A stretch of DNA of 64,000 nt from Squalus acanthias (Eukaryota). The notes below the pieces were generated by a model. It had not been told where the DNA came from, searched no databases, and was given only the letters and a program-made list of their open reading frames with translations. Every line of letters starts with the position of its first letter. Position 1 is the first letter of the stretch. Both the position numbers and the translations under genes were made by a program. This document shows, piece after piece, positions 1-13,539 of this stretch. The stretch lies in NCBI GenBank assembly GCA_030390025.1, contig CM059431.1, positions 123,630,001 to 123,694,000 on the forward strand, given 5' to 3'.

Positions 1-681
1 AATCTAAAGGAAACCGATTTAGTAAGGGGTTTTGGGCGCGAAAAGGACAAAGGGGCTGAACAGTATAATTGGGGACCTATTCCCCCAAGACTCTCTCTCT
101 CTCTCTCTCTCTGGACTCTCTGACAATGCTCTCAACGCTCGCACAGCTCTCTCTCAGCTCTGTTCCAGCAAGACACCACAAGCCACGAGCAGTAGGAGGA
201 AAGAAGGCCAACAACTTCACAAGCAGACCAACAAGCAAGAAGAAACCAGAGCGACTGCCTCAGTGACCATCGGACACCTCGCGGCAACAAGGGCCTTACG
301 AAACCTTTTACTCAAAAGACTCTAAACCCTAACTCTCAACTGTCAAGGATTTGTTTGGTGAGCATTATCCCTGATCTCCTGAAACCAAAACCTAGCTAGA
401 TAGTGGGATTTTTGGGAGGGATATGTTTTTTTTTGTATATTGTCATTCTACCTCGCCTGTACCGTGTGTTCCCCAACCTGTGTTTAAGTGTTAAGTGTGT
501 TTTAAGTTTGTTACCTTTTTCTTTTAATAAAGTCAAAATTCTTTCATCAGAACCTGTTGTCTACTGCATCTTTGTTCACAACCCCTAAATAAGTCCAAAG
601 TCTAGAACCAGGGGTGTGGGAGCGATTCAAACCGCTCACTGAGTCAGAGGTGAAGGCTGACCCCACACACCACCCCCTACA
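1..681 (+). mobile_element. LTR (5'-truncated by window edge; solo or 3' LTR) of a second family related to the central provirus
   Basis: TATAAT (64-69), CT tract, GGTGAGCAT splice-donor motif (357-365), AATAAA (526-531), AAGTCCA..GTCTAGAACC plus hairpin, terminal ..CCCCTACA (681). Same order of signals as LTR 39004-40626. About 90% identical over ~340-681 to the reverse complement of 63075-63418. No convincing PBS follows. Confidence 0.75.
91..112 (+). repeat. (CT)11 microsatellite inside the LTR, ~20 nt after TATAAT
   Basis: Direct reading. Confidence 0.95.
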
Positions 682-689
682 GGTTGGTG

Positions 690-1279
690 GTCAGGCGAGT
701 AACCTAGTCTCAAGAGGCGGGTCAGGAATTATAATATTTAAATGAGTCTGCGTGCCTCATATTTCAGCAGCCATGTGGATTTAACTGCTGCAGGCTGGGT
801 TTCCCAGGGCTTGGAAATCCAGCAGTTGAAGGGAGGTGAGAACTGCCGGATCAAGCAGGTAAGTGCTTTGTCAGCATTACTTGTGGACCAGGAGGAGCAG
901 GAGTGCTTCCCCCCGGCCGCTCAAGCTTACCTGCAATGGTCCGTCTCCCTCCCGGCAATCCGATCTTCGCCCCCCACACCCACCCCACCCGCCCCCCAAG
1001 ATCCTATACTTGCCCGCAATCTCTGCCCCGCGATCTCTTTCTCCCCACGATCCCCTCCCCTGCTATACCTGGCTTCCGTCTTCACCGCAGGCCTTCCCAT
1101 CTGACAGCCGACCAGCTTCTAAATCTGGCTGGCTGCCAGGCGGGAAAAGGAGAAAAGAAATTCAAATGTGGCCCTGTTGTTAAATTCATCAGGACCTCCG
1201 CTTTCCCCGTACTTCCAGGTTTCCTCGCTGCTAAAGTTGCTCGTGCTCCCTCCCCCACCTTCTTGTAAATATTGGGGCC
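690..1279. mobile_element. Non-autonomous interspersed repeat (Harbinger-type MITE-like), related to 27381-28189
   Basis: Shared blocks aatatttaaatgag..gcctca, ccaggaggag(c/g)ag and terminal aatattggggcc with the copy at ~27.4-28.2 kb. Confidence 0.5.
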
Positions 1280-1345
1280 ATATTCTACAGAGGCTCTGCT
1301 ACACGGCCAATCTACTTTTTGACAAATGTATAGCATACAATCTTA

Positions 1346-1640
1346 CATAGGATTACATTGGATATACGGCACAGAAACAGGCCATTCGGCTCAACCAGTC
1401 CATGCCGGCGTTTATGCTCCACACGAGCCTCCTCCCGTCTTTCCTCATCTAAATCTATCAGCATAACCCTCTAATCCCTTTTCCCTCATATGCTTGTCTA
1501 GCCTCCCCTTAAATGCATCTATACTATTCGCTTCAACCACTCCCTGTGGTAGCGAGTTCCACATTCTCACCACTCTTTGGGTAAAGAAGTTTCTTCTGAA
1601 TTCCATATTGGATTTCTTGGTGACTATCTTATATTGATCT
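1346..1640 (-). mobile_element. CR1 LINE 3' end fragment
   Basis: ggcacagaaacaggccattcggc 3'UTR motif shared with the other CR1 copies here; minus-strand reading resembles the CR1 ORF2 C-terminus (FFTQRVVRMWNSLP). Confidence 0.75.
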
Positions 1641-4600
1641 GTCTTCTTGTGAAAAATATAATTGGATCCTGCTTTGAAGCCAAATTAGAGGTATCAAACA
1701 CAGATAATATGAAGATTGTAGAAACTTCAAAACAGAATTATTGATATGGGAGGTCAAGATGTGAGAGACCTTTCTCAGGAACGTGAGGAAGACACCTTTC
1801 TTTAGCATTGTAGTCACTAAGTTTCAAGAAAATAAACATTAAAAAACAGCTGTATATCAGTTACAGAAATATTAATGATTGATCAAATTTTAGAGGAATT
1901 ATACCAAATATGGGGAGAAGGTATGGTAATGTTTTGTAATGATAGATGAAGTGAATAGTAATGGCTTGTTTAGCTGTTTTAGTTATGTGAAATGCATCTT
2001 ATAGCACATATCTATAGGTACTGTAAATGTACACAAATTCTTGAAAAAAGGATGATAAAAACATAAATACATTTGACAAGATCAAATTGACATTGTTACT
2101 TCGTAATACCTAAAAGAGACAAAAACGTATGTCTGGTGAGGGTGGGCTGGATGGATTTCTGACTTAAGCCATTTTCCCTCATTTCAATGGGTTTTCTGCA
2201 CATCAAAAATGTGTGTAGAGAGTGAGATCTTAATGCTGGTTGATTGCCGAACAAAAGGCTGTGCCAACCAGCAGCTCTTAAAGGGCTGCCACTAACCTTT
2301 AATATTGATTTTACAGGACTGTCCTTGTTTGTAGTTAAAGCTGCAGGACACTGGCTTTTTGGGAAATAGAGTGGGTCAGAGAGCAGAACTGAGTGTAGCT
2401 GGGCAAGGGAGAGAGGAGGCTTTCCCCTCAGACTGCTGTGAGGATAGGGTTGGTCAAGCAGCAGTCGAGGGAGTGAGGAGGATATGGGAAATAGGATGAG
2501 TCCGAGAATAAGAGTGGCATGATGAGTGAAGGAGCACGGGTTTGTAGGTGGCAATTGGTCTAAGGCTTTCCTTTCAGGTCACTGTAGGGGATAGGTTGGG
2601 TCAGGGTACTGGGTGTATAAAGGTGATAAAACTGTAGAATGGGGGCATACAGGTGCATAGAACAGATAGAAGTGGACGTAAGAGGGATAAGGAGAATTGG
2701 GGATCTGGGTGCAATAGGGGGTCCAATTGTTTAGTTAGTAATAGATACATTAGTGGGGTCCATTTACCAATGTGGGGCAAGGGGAAGTCAGGTGAGTGTG
2801 GTGAGGGGTAGTGGTAGGAGGTAGGAGAGAAGATGGAGACAACAGGATAGAGGTGAGGGAGAAGTTAATTCTCCTTATCCAATTCTTTACCAGATATAAA
2901 ATTCAGCATATTCATCTCCTAGATAATATAAAGACCCATGAGAAGAATGATAATATTTTAATCAGTTATTATATAGCTGCATTGAGGATTAAAGTGGATA
3001 GCTGTTAAATTATTATTTTTTCAAATCATGACATTTGTATATTGTGTGATACTTTAATCTACCTTTTAATGGCTTGTGACCTCGTACTATTTAAATTATC
3101 CTCTGGATAGGTTTAAATAAGAGTCTTATGAGCTTTATTTGTCATTAGTGTACAGTACCAGGAAACCATAAATGTTATTATACATTTCACATTTCATGAT
3201 GTGAAGTCAAACGTTTTATCCATTGTAATTGATATTATTTCACACGTTCAGTGCTTAAACATTATGAAAAATGCACAATAACATGTTACTATGAATTATA
3301 TCAAGAATCTATTTTGACTAGATTTTGATTTTGAGTGTTCATAAATTGAGATGATAGAATTGATGGGGTAGAAAGGGATATTTTTGGAACTTGCATTTGG
3401 TGAGAAAACTTAATACTTTGAGGTTGGCTGTGGGTTAGCCACAATGCTGATTTATTCCACATTGTCATGACAATGTGACTCAGTCTCAGCTTCTAATACA
3501 TCTTACTGGTGCACTTACATGACATTTGCTTTCAGCTGATTCTTTGTTCAATTCATGTCTGTCAAAATAGTTACTGATTCTAAGGTGCTTTTGTGCTAAA
3601 AAATTTCTTTGTGCTGTGAGCCCAAGGTGACATGGTTTGAACCCAATTCATTTCTGATCCTTAATGGATGTCCCTTAAAGACCTTCATCTCCTTTCTTAG
3701 GGATCTCTTGAACTTTAGTCTCCCAGAAGAGTAAGGCAATTGCAAAGTTTTGTGTCATGGCAGCAGCAGCTTTCTTCTAACTTCAATTAAAACTATACAC
3801 TTCTGTGTTACAGGATGTCAATAGAATCTTTTATTCGGTACAATACTTTTTACCTGTATTATGATCTGATTTTTATGGATAAAATAGTGAAGAGGAAGGG
3901 CCCTATTTTCTGAGTGTCACTCATTTTTCTACTACTTAGTGTGAATAGATTATGATGAAAATGCTTGGGCCAGCAATCCTGGCATTTATGCTGGGATTGT
4001 GCTGATCATAAGTTACCTTTTCCAGAGTATGCAGAGTCATGGGGGAAGGAGGGGGGCACACAACTTAAATACATACGGCGGGTGCCTGTGTCACTAGGGG
4101 TAAATCTGAGGCACCTGTCTATCCCAGGAGGCCACAAAGAGCATTATTATTGCCTGGGCTTAAGGTAGGAGTGCCATGTACCCACCCCACAGAAGGAAAC
4201 TTTTGTAAAGCAGCTGCATGTATTATTTTGTTAAAAAAAATTACAAGTCCTCTTTGGTAGTTCAGGCCACAATCTTCAGTCTGGACCCCATGGTGATCCC
4301 CACAGGTGTCATGGAAGAGGCTGCTCTCTACTTAAGTTTCTTGGCACACTCGTCTCCGAAGATGCATTAGGCCTCTAAGAGACTGGGGTTATGGGAGCTC
4401 CAGCGTAGGGACTACCTGCCCCCTTTGTTTCAGTGACCTTGTTTGGGATAGGCAGGGGCTTCACTGAAACAAAGGCCAAAGGAATCCTTAAGATAAGGCC
4501 AAAACTTGGCATGTCTAGATTCTGGCCTAGTGTGTGAACTTCTTCTGCACTCCCAATAGAGTTACACTGGGAGTGCGCTGATAGGACTGATGATTTTCAG

Positions 4601-6261
4601 CCTTTTGTTTTTAGCAATGTTAATACCAAGCTACATTTCCCGATATGCATTTAATTCAGTAGCAAACACTCATCAATAATGAACTAAAAACACAAATTAA
4701 GTAAATTATTATCGAGCAGAACCATTCCACATAAGTACCTAAACTGTGCTTTAACATGACCAAAATTCTCAGGAATACATTTTAGGTTTTTATTGTACAA
4801 AGACAGAATTTTGTATGTGTAATAAGTATTCACAGTGATTGATACATTATGAAAATGATGTGACACATCATCAAGCAGTACGAATGTGTATTGACAATTC
4901 TGCGTCGTGCCACATACTTAATTAAACTGCTAGATTTATATCCCATTCCCATGGTCCTCTCAAAGGGCACAATGCAATGTTAGGATTTGTAATATTATTG
5001 CATAAAAATCTAAGTATCTCTTAATATGGCGCACTAGTTCCCTTTAGCATGCGCTCAAGTTCCAGATGATTGACAGGACCAATGTGTACCACATATGGAA
5101 AAATCTTCCAGAAATTAACAGTCCACTGGCAAGTAATTACAAATGCTCAACATGTTCATGTCAAATTTCCCTGTCTCCTATTTTCATGGCGGTGTTATCC
5201 ATTTCAAGTGATCAGGTTAACATCTCTGTCAAAATAGCAAATTGAGTAATTTGATACGAGTGTGTTAAGCATTTGTATGATATCACTGGCTGTAATTTCC
5301 AGACTATCATTTTGGACAGGAGGCATCTTCCTGCTATAAGCTTTTAAATTGTGAATTGAATTGGAATGAAGAGCTGGCATGGTGGAGAAACATAAAGGGC
5401 ATGATTTTCCCTGGGGAGGTGGGATGGCAGCGGGAGTGCTGGTTGGCGGGTTCCGGTCCGGCTCCCGTCTACAGCCACTCTCTGAAAATGATTTTCCATA
5501 GATTGGCCTTGTTAAGCCCGCCCTGCGGGGTTCCCGGCCAATTAATAGGAAGCGTGTCTGATGACATCATTTGATGACACATCATCAGCCGGTTTCCTTA
5601 AGGGGAGCATGGCCAAATTGATTTTGACATTAGTGCTGTCAGTGTTCTGCAGAATTGGGGTGGTGCAAACACTGACAAGCACTGCAGAAAGGTGCACGGC
5701 TGCACCCAGGCTCTCCCATGAATCCCTCCATATGCTTATGGGGGGAGTCACAGCACACAGGGAGGTTCTCTTCCCGTCCAATGGGTGGAAGAGACCTCCC
5801 CAGGAGATCAACGCAGTCTGGTTGCACATTGCGCAGGAGGGCAAAAGCAGGGATGTCGTCAGGAGGACCAGGCTGCAGTGGCACAAGCCCTTCAATGATC
5901 TCAGTAGATCACAAAATGTTACTGCAAAGCCAGACTCAACCTCATCCTGCTGTGCCACTCATCACATCCACATCACTCTGCCTTCCCTACCCTACTCCTG
6001 CACATCCTTACTCACACCAACTTACCTTGCACATCCACCCATCCCTCTCTATCTACATTATAACTTTGCCATCTCACCAGCTACCACTCACACTCACCCT
6101 CATCCTAGTCCAATCCTACCAACTAAAAACACACAAGGATAGGCACTTGGATGTGTTATGCAATGTTCACGTAAATTTTCTGTTAACGTGTTATCAAACA
6201 TTGAAATCTTTATTTTCAACACTTTGCCTTATTGTACAGATCCGTGCTCACCTTTAGAAGC

Positions 6262-6867
6262 TGAGACAATGTATGAACGGACACCACGCAACAATCGCCA
6301 GGCAGGATTGTTACCTCCCAGTTGGGGAACACTTCAGCAGTCAAGGACATTCAGCCTCGGATCTGCAGGTTAGCGTTCTCCAAGGCGGCCTTCGAGACAC
6401 ATGACAACGCAAAATCATCGAGCAGAAACTGATAGCCAAGTTCTGCACCCATGAGGATGGCCTCAATAGGGATATCGGGTTCATGTCACGCTACAGAACG
6501 TGACTCGATATCGTTGCCTGTCTTTCCAGTTTTAAAAAAAAAACACAAAAAAAACAAAAAAAATGTTAAAAGCTCAACTGCAGACAGCAGGATTTGACAC
6601 GTTGGACCCCCTGTGATCCATCTCATTGTCTTGGCTGTGCTCTGGTGTGACTTTGAAGTAATGCTTCCCTGAAAGATTGTATCTCTGCAGTTTCTGTGTT
6701 TATATACTGTGTAATATTGTAGATTCCTTCATTGCACCTTTACCTGACGAAGGGGCGACAGCTCCGAAAGCTTGTAATTTTAAATAAATCTGTTGGACTA
6801 TAACCTGGTGTTGTGCGACTTCTCATTTTTGTCCACCCCAGTCCAACACTGGCATCTCCACATCATG
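6262..6867 (+). mobile_element. 5'-truncated Penelope-like retroelement (GIY-YIG endonuclease C-terminus plus 3' terminal region)
   Basis: 6273-6503 reads MNGHHATI..PVGEHF..H..DLQVSVLQGG..*..EQKLIAKF.THEDGLNRDIGFMSRY. Flanked by a 12-bp TSD ACCTTTAGAAGC (6250-6261 and 6868-6879). Confidence 0.85.
6740..6777 (+). ncRNA. Minimal type I hammerhead ribozyme motif (Penelope-associated)
   Basis: Stem I TTAC/GTAA, core CTGACGA (6744-6750), stem II GGGGC-gaca-GCTCC, GAAA, palindromic AGCT stem III, CUU cleavage triplet. Confidence 0.75.
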
Positions 6868-9800
6868 ACCTTTAGAAGCGTCTTTGTGAGTTGCAGTGAA
6901 TGGTTAGACATAACGGTATCCCCTGCAATGGTGATGAGTGTAAAAGGAATAGTGTTAACCTGGCGCATCATGTGGCAGCCAGGGTGTACAGCGTCAAGTG
7001 AAGTAAATGTGACCATGGTGATGCCATCGCTGACGTCCCAGGCAGCAATGTGGTCGGGTGCGGATGCCCTGTGTCCTGTGCAGCATCAGGTGATTGTGCA
7101 GAAGGTAGGTGTTGTTGTTAGTGATGTTGGTGTGCCTGGTGATGTTGGTGTTGGGGCTGATCGTGGAGGGATTCAGAGGACCAAGGTGAGATTTTTTCAA
7201 GGGCACCAATGCTGCTGGAATAGATGGCAGCTAAAGTTGAGATAGCAGAAGCGATCTGTCAATGGTGAGAGAGCTTGCTCCAAGGAGGTGACAGTGCACT
7301 TAGAGTTCACAACACACACTTACAACCGCAATACAGCTCAAATGTGTCTTCCAAATCCTGAAATCAGCAACTTCTGTCATTTGAAAGTGACCTGATGTGA
7401 GAGGTTAGGTTTAATGCAACAGTTGCAGCTGTGAACTATTCAGCTCGTTGGAAGACCCGACACACTCAGCTGGCGTGTTTGCCGAACGACGTGAAACACG
7501 TTGAAAATGTGTGAAAATAGAGAAAGCCTGGCAAAATAGCAGTTAACAAGGAGTTAACAACCTTAAGTGCCTCTCCCACCGCTTGGTGTCAGGTCTGTTC
7601 TGAAGCTGCAGACCTGACACTTTGGAAACTGGCGTGGAGGTGGGTTCGCAACGGATTCCCAAACCGCCGTCAATGATTTTGAATTTAACCTCTGACCCGC
7701 CTCCGAACCCACTCTCTGAGCATCGGCAAAATTGCGGCCAAAGACTCTGGACACAGAACTGCTTGACACAGAACTGCTTTAAAAAAAAGTATTTAATCCA
7801 AGCAATTGATCATTTCGCATTTAAATGAAGCGTAGAAATTTCTGCGTGGTATTTTTTAAATCAGTTAATGCACGCAACAACAGATTAATGATTTTGTTAA
7901 AATAGTGAACAGAGGTTTTCACCCAACTGTATTCATTAATTTGCTAAAATATCATACAGAGGAATTTCTGCTTGCATATAATCTATTTTAATTATTTTAT
8001 GAGGCCATTTTTCCTCTCAGGGTCCACACTGGGTGTCCAACAAGGGCAATGTACCTGAGGCATAGTGGCTTTAAGGGGAGAGGTACCTACAATTTTCCTG
8101 GGCCAGTCCATTTGCACAGCCTGGGACTGACTTTTGGGCAGTCGATTGATGGAGCTCGTTGATCGGCTGCCCGTTCCGGCAGCGAAGAGCCTCTCGTCAT
8201 TCTGAGGCTCCGGCCTCATTTAAATTTGACAGCCACATTGCAGGGCGCAAAACAGGCGTCCCGACGCAGCTCGCCAGATTGACACCTGAAACTCGGGCCA
8301 GAGGCACGGCAAGGAAGGTAAGTTGCGGGAGAAGTCGCGATTGCGGAGGGTAGAATATCCCCAGGCGGCAGTGACCAAGATTATTCTTGTGAATCACAGA
8401 TGAGCACTTCTGCACCTCCCGGGCCCACAGAAATAATTCAACATTACACCTTTAGCAGGCTTCTTCGGTTCCATTGCCCGTGGAACTGGTCGGAGTGTGT
8501 ACAGTGAAGGACCCGACCAGTTTTGACCTAAAATGACAATCCGGGTCCTATTTACATAATAGGATCCTGATTTACAAATTAAAAGGGGCCTATCGTCTGA
8601 AATAAGCAAGTGTATTAGGCACTTGCTGGAAGGCCCCTTTCAAAATGGAGCCCGCCGCATCACCAGTTTTAACGGGGCGGTAAGGCTATTTTGAGACTGT
8701 TATCCCCCCCCCCCTCAGCCGTTAACACCAGACGAATGCAGTGAAAATCGACTTATTGTTAGATATTAATTTTATTATAAGATACTGAATTATGTGTTGC
8801 ATCTCATCTATGATTATTGAGATTTACGGATTAATTAAAAATTCTGACCAGCGATGATTTTTTCTGTGAAGTAATTTATTGTGAATATTTTATAATGAAG
8901 CCTAATTTGCTATTTGTTTGCCTTTTTTGGTTACCTTTCCGCTGAAGAGTCATTAATATGATCCTGTTCAGATAAAAAAGTAAATTCATTGACTAACGGG
9001 ATTCAGGATAAAAATGACCAAGTGAGGAATCTGAAGAGAACTTTAAATTGAAATTATAATATTTTGAATTTATATAAACCCAGGGCTCAACATTATGTGA
9101 AGAGAGCTTTTATTTTGCTCTGCTGTGTTTTTCTTTCCCTCAATTCAAAAAGTGACGTTCTTGAACCAGCTATGAGAAGATCAAAGTCTGGCAGCACAGC
9201 AAGCTGCCAATATCCTCCTTTCTAATGGTGACAGTGATGTGGGAGATATAAATAGAACTGACAGCCACACGGACTTGGAAGAGAGACAAACACTTGCAGT
9301 CAAAAGAAAGGGAAAACCAGTTAGTTTGAAGAATGTAAGGGACCACGCAGTAAATTATTCAGAAAAAACTAAGAACCAGAAGAAGATTTCCAGAGAATAA
9401 ATGTAGGTCCAAAAAGGCAAGTAAAAGAATTGTAAATCAAGATTAAATTAAATAGTAGGTTGAGAGAGAGCAATTGAATTTATCTTCACTGAATGAAACA
9501 AAGATTTGCCACATTAAGTGGATGACTGAATACCCAGTTTCGTTGTGATCTGGAATATAATGATTCTCCTATAGATTTTAATTCATGCATTTTCTGTAGT
9601 ACACGGGAATTTGTTTCTGTACTCATGGGATGGCACTAATCAGTTTTTCCAAACATGTAACTATTTCATCCAGTCATGTTTTAAACTTGTAGTCAAACAA
9701 ATAGCTATATAGATCAGACTTTGCAGCGCCTCCCCCGTGATTTTAGGTCTAACTGCGGACTTCTAATTTTTTTAAATCAACAGTGGTACAAATGAAAGTA

Positions 9801-10059
9801 CTTCTTACAATAGAAATTGCAATTACCTTTTTTGAAACTAATCGTTATTTATTATATATTTATTTTGTGTGTTTATCAAAGTTAGTACTGGGTATGGCAA
9901 AAATGGAGCATATTTTTAATCCACAAAGTATCATGGTATTGGCATCTTTCTTTCTGTCACAGTACATACCAGTTTAAAAGCCAGGAACATGCAAAAGAAA
10001 ATGACGCAATTTGTTTTAATGCACAATCAAAACAAGAACAACCAGGATATAAAGTTTAT

Positions 10060-10127
10060 AAAAGAAAGAATTTGCATTTATATAGCGCCTTTCATGACCT
10101 CAAGACATCCCAAATCGCTTTACAGCA
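10060..10127 (-). mobile_element. Deu-SINE 3' tail fragment
   Basis: Reverse complement of the ..gctgtaaagcg..gaaaggcgctatataaatgcaa..(ttct)n tail seen at 13150-13210 and 24010-24083. Confidence 0.75.
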
Positions 10128-10849
10128 ATAGAAATTTTGGTTCGGGAGGGGGTGTGCCAGGGTAGAACTGTAGCGCAATCTCAGTGGGGTGGGGGGAGGA
10201 AAGTCATTTGGAGCACCGCATTGATCTGCTGGGTTTCCAACCTTCAAAAATGTGCCATTAATTTAGCTGCAGAGGGAATGAGAACCATTTAGGCTCTCCC
10301 CCATTACATTACGAGCCAGCTTGCCCCCTAATAAACCCAGAGGAGCCTATGCCTGCTGAGAGTAGATGCAAGGCCTACTGTGGACCTTTAGAAAGACTTA
10401 AGAATTTAAAAAAAAACACAAAGGTATTCGAACCCCTGTGATCAATTACCTTTCCAAGAGTGGCCTTGAGCTCCCTGAGAATTAGTTTTGAAAAGTTCTA
10501 GTTGACTTCCTTCTTTATAATACAGGTGACTCAGTTTCAGCATCAAGCACTTCCAGCTCAGGTATAACATGGAATAAGGCTCCATTCATTCTACCCCAAT
10601 ATTGTGTCTCAGCCCCACCACAGAAGAGGTCACTTACTGCAACAGTGTGACATTTTTCCATGTTCTACACCAGCCATCCTATGGTCTCTCTAAGTGAGCA
10701 TACTAATTAGTTCTGAATTGGAGCTTCTTTTGTGGATTGAGCCAAAGCACATTTCATCCTTCTAGCCAGCAGACAAAGGAGATTTCAGCCCTCTGTTCTG
10801 GGCTAGATTTGAACTCAGATTCTAGATATGAGCGGTCACTGCCTTACCA

Positions 10850-11490
10850 ACTCATGGTCTATAGAGCAGCCGTGATACCCGCCCTGCTGTATGCCTCAGA
10901 GACATGGACCATGTACAGCAGGCACCTCAAAGCACTGGAGAGGTACCACCAATGCTGCTTCCGCAAGATCCTGCAAATCCATTGGCAGGATAGGCGCACC
11001 AACGTCAGTGTTCTCGCTCAGGCCAACATCCCCAGCATTGAAGCTTTGACCACGCTCAATCAGCTCCAATGGATGGGTCACATCAAAACAAGCGCTCTAC
11101 TCGGAGCTCCGACACGGCAAGAGAGCCCCAGGTGGGCAGAGGAAATGCTTCAAGGACACCCTCAAAGCCTCCTTGAAAAAGTGCAACATCCCCACTGACA
11201 TTTGGGAATCCCTGGCCCGAGACCGTACAAAGTGGAGGAGAAGCATCCGGGAAGGCGCCAAACACCTCGAGTCTCTTTGCCGGGAGCAAGCGCAAGCACC
11301 CCAAGGAGCGCAAGGAGCGCATGTCAACCCAAGCACCCCACCCACCCGTCCCTTCAACCACCGTCTGCCCCACCTGTGACGGAGACTGTAGGTCCCGCAT
11401 TGGGCTCATCAGTCACCTGAGAACTCATTTTTTTTGAATGTGGAAGCAAGTCATCCTCGGTTCCGAGGGACTGCCTAAGAAGAAGAGAAG
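10850..11490 (+). mobile_element. RTE-clade LINE 3' fragment (frameshifted ORF2 C-terminus)
   Basis: VYRAAVIPALLYASETWT..LRKILQIHWQD..; C-terminal CPTC..C.SRIGLISHLRTH zinc finger; (aag)n tail. Confidence 0.85.
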
Positions 11491-12759
11491 ACCAACTGTA
11501 CAACACAGGCCTCAGCCATCAATCTCTATCAGAAAATCTGGTAGCTAGCTAACACAGAATGGGGCAGAATTTGCGGTGGGTATGATGGCATACTCTCAGA
11601 GTACCGCCTTTGAAATGGACAGCAAGTTTGGGATTTCCGCTTGCGCATGCGCTAAATCCTGAACTTGCGATCTGTCAAGTTCCGACTTGACAGATCATCT
11701 GCTCCAACATTGAAAACCTAATTGATGGTGCAGAGTTGGGTTGATTGCCCAGAAATTACGTATGGAAATTTTACGGTTGCTGCAAACAGGTGCAGCAGCC
11801 TGTTTGCACAGCGTAAGAGGATAACCTTTGGGAAATCCAAATATGTATTTAATTTTAAAAGCTTAAACTACAAGCCAGTCTTTCAAACTTACTGTCAGCC
11901 CTCATCAGAGTATAAAACTCTTCCAAAAATTTTCAACACTGTACAAAATAACATTCCACTGTAGCCTGGCATATATCCTCTATTTTTATTTTTCGATGCA
12001 AATAGAAAATTGCTGCATTTTACTTGAATGTTGCAAGTATTTACATATAAGTAATTTCCCACAATAAAAATTTGGTTGGCTCATGAGTGAGAGACTGGGG
12101 ATGAATGAGAGACCTTCTATTTCCTGATTGGAGCACCGGCCCGTGTGATCCCAGGTACGCTTCCGCATATAGTGCGCCCCTGGGATCTGTGGGCCACTAC
12201 ACTGCCCTCTACGATGTAGCATCTGGCAGGAAGTTCTTGAAGGAGGGCCCCATCAGGTAAGCGCGCGTTCCATTCGGATGCCGGCGGCATAATCCTTAAT
12301 GACTCCAAAATCCGGGCCAATGTGTTTTTTACAGATAGGCACGAAAATATTTTGTTGAGCTAATGAAACAAACACATTTTTGCACTTTGCAGACAATGAT
12401 GAAATGGTACATCAAAAATAACTTTGGTACAATCCCTTTTTCAAAGTACCCAATATTGCTTATGATGTAAGCAAATTATCGAGAAATATTCACCACACAT
12501 GAATAGATTTTTATCTTCTTTTAACCCAAAATAATTTGTAGTCAATTTTTGTGCAGATCATGTTAAGAGATGTCAGTACTGAGAATAAACATTTTTCTCC
12601 TTTGTGCACCTGGCTTTTCCCATATCACTTATAGTACAACTAATTGTATGAAAAAGTTCCCTCAACTCTGCCTAACAAATGTGCCTTAACAACAGTTTCC
12701 GAAGAATACCATATAGTACATTAATATATTTTTCTCTTATTCATAGTAGATATATGTGT

Positions 12760-13210
12760 TAGCCATGGCTCAGTGGGAGCACTCTCACCTTTGAATTAGA
12801 AGTTTGCGGGTTCAAGTCCCACTTCAGATAATTGAGCACAAATTCTAGGCTGACACTTCAGTGCAGTATTGCGGGAGTGCTGCACTGATGGAGGTGTTGT
12901 ATTTTGGATGAGACATTAAACTGAGGTCCCATCTGCCTTCTCAGGTGGACGTAAAAGATCTCATGACACTATTGTGAAGAAGAGCAGTGGAGTATTCCCT
13001 GGTGTCCTGGACAATATTTATCCCTCAACCAACATCACTAAAGCAGATTATCTGGTCACATTGCCAGTTTGTGGGACCTTGCTGTGTGCAAATTGGCTGC
13101 CGCATTTCCTACATTACTACAGTGACTACAATTAAAAAGTACTTAATTGACTGTAAAATGCTTTAGGATATCCTGAGAAAGGTACTATATAAATGCAAGT
13201 CTTTCTTTCC
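12760..13210 (+). mobile_element. tRNA-derived Deu-SINE (SacSINE1/AmnSINE1-like)
   Basis: A box tggctcagtgg, B box ggttcaagtcc, Deu-like core gagac.ttaaactgagg, tail aaatgcaagtctttcttt. Paralog at 23612-24083. Confidence 0.8.
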
Positions 13211-13539
13211 TTTTACTATGTTATCATTATGCCCTTTTTATACCCCAAAACTTAGCAGACCGCCCAATGCGTACGTGTCCCAGACCACATTAACAATGGC
13301 CAGTAGTTGTTTTTCTTTTTCCTCTCCTTAGTCAGTGGGCCTCAAGACAGGTTATGCCATTGTCTGAAGACGTTCCTGTTAACAATGGATCGAAGGTTTG
13401 TTTTACAGAACTCTCAAGGCCCACTTCCTTATCTGTGATTTTTACAGAATTTGTCCAGTAACACGGCCCTCAGTCTCTCAAGGTATGCCGGTCCATTAAA
13501 TTTGGTCAACTTTGAGTTTAGCCAAGTTACCTTACAGCG

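Larger units (their letters stand above)
5397..7739 (+). mobile_element. Decayed PIF/Harbinger element with Myb/SANT-like gene remnant, interrupted by a Penelope insertion
   Basis: 5690-5910 encodes AAPRLS..REVLFP..WLHIAQ..RTRLQWHKPFNDL (Myb/SANT-like trihelix). 6940-7275 is the reverse complement of 13705-14040. Degenerate GGGC..ATTTT ends; boundaries approximate. Confidence 0.6.

Noticed and set aside
611..681. Hammerhead or tRNA gene in the U5 multibranch structure
   Set aside because: Lacks CUGANGA/GAAA core and lacks D and anticodon arms.
685..702. PBS-like TGGTGGTCAGG after the left LTR
   Set aside because: Imperfect match to tRNA-Leu, and the downstream sequence is an unrelated host repeat rather than gag.
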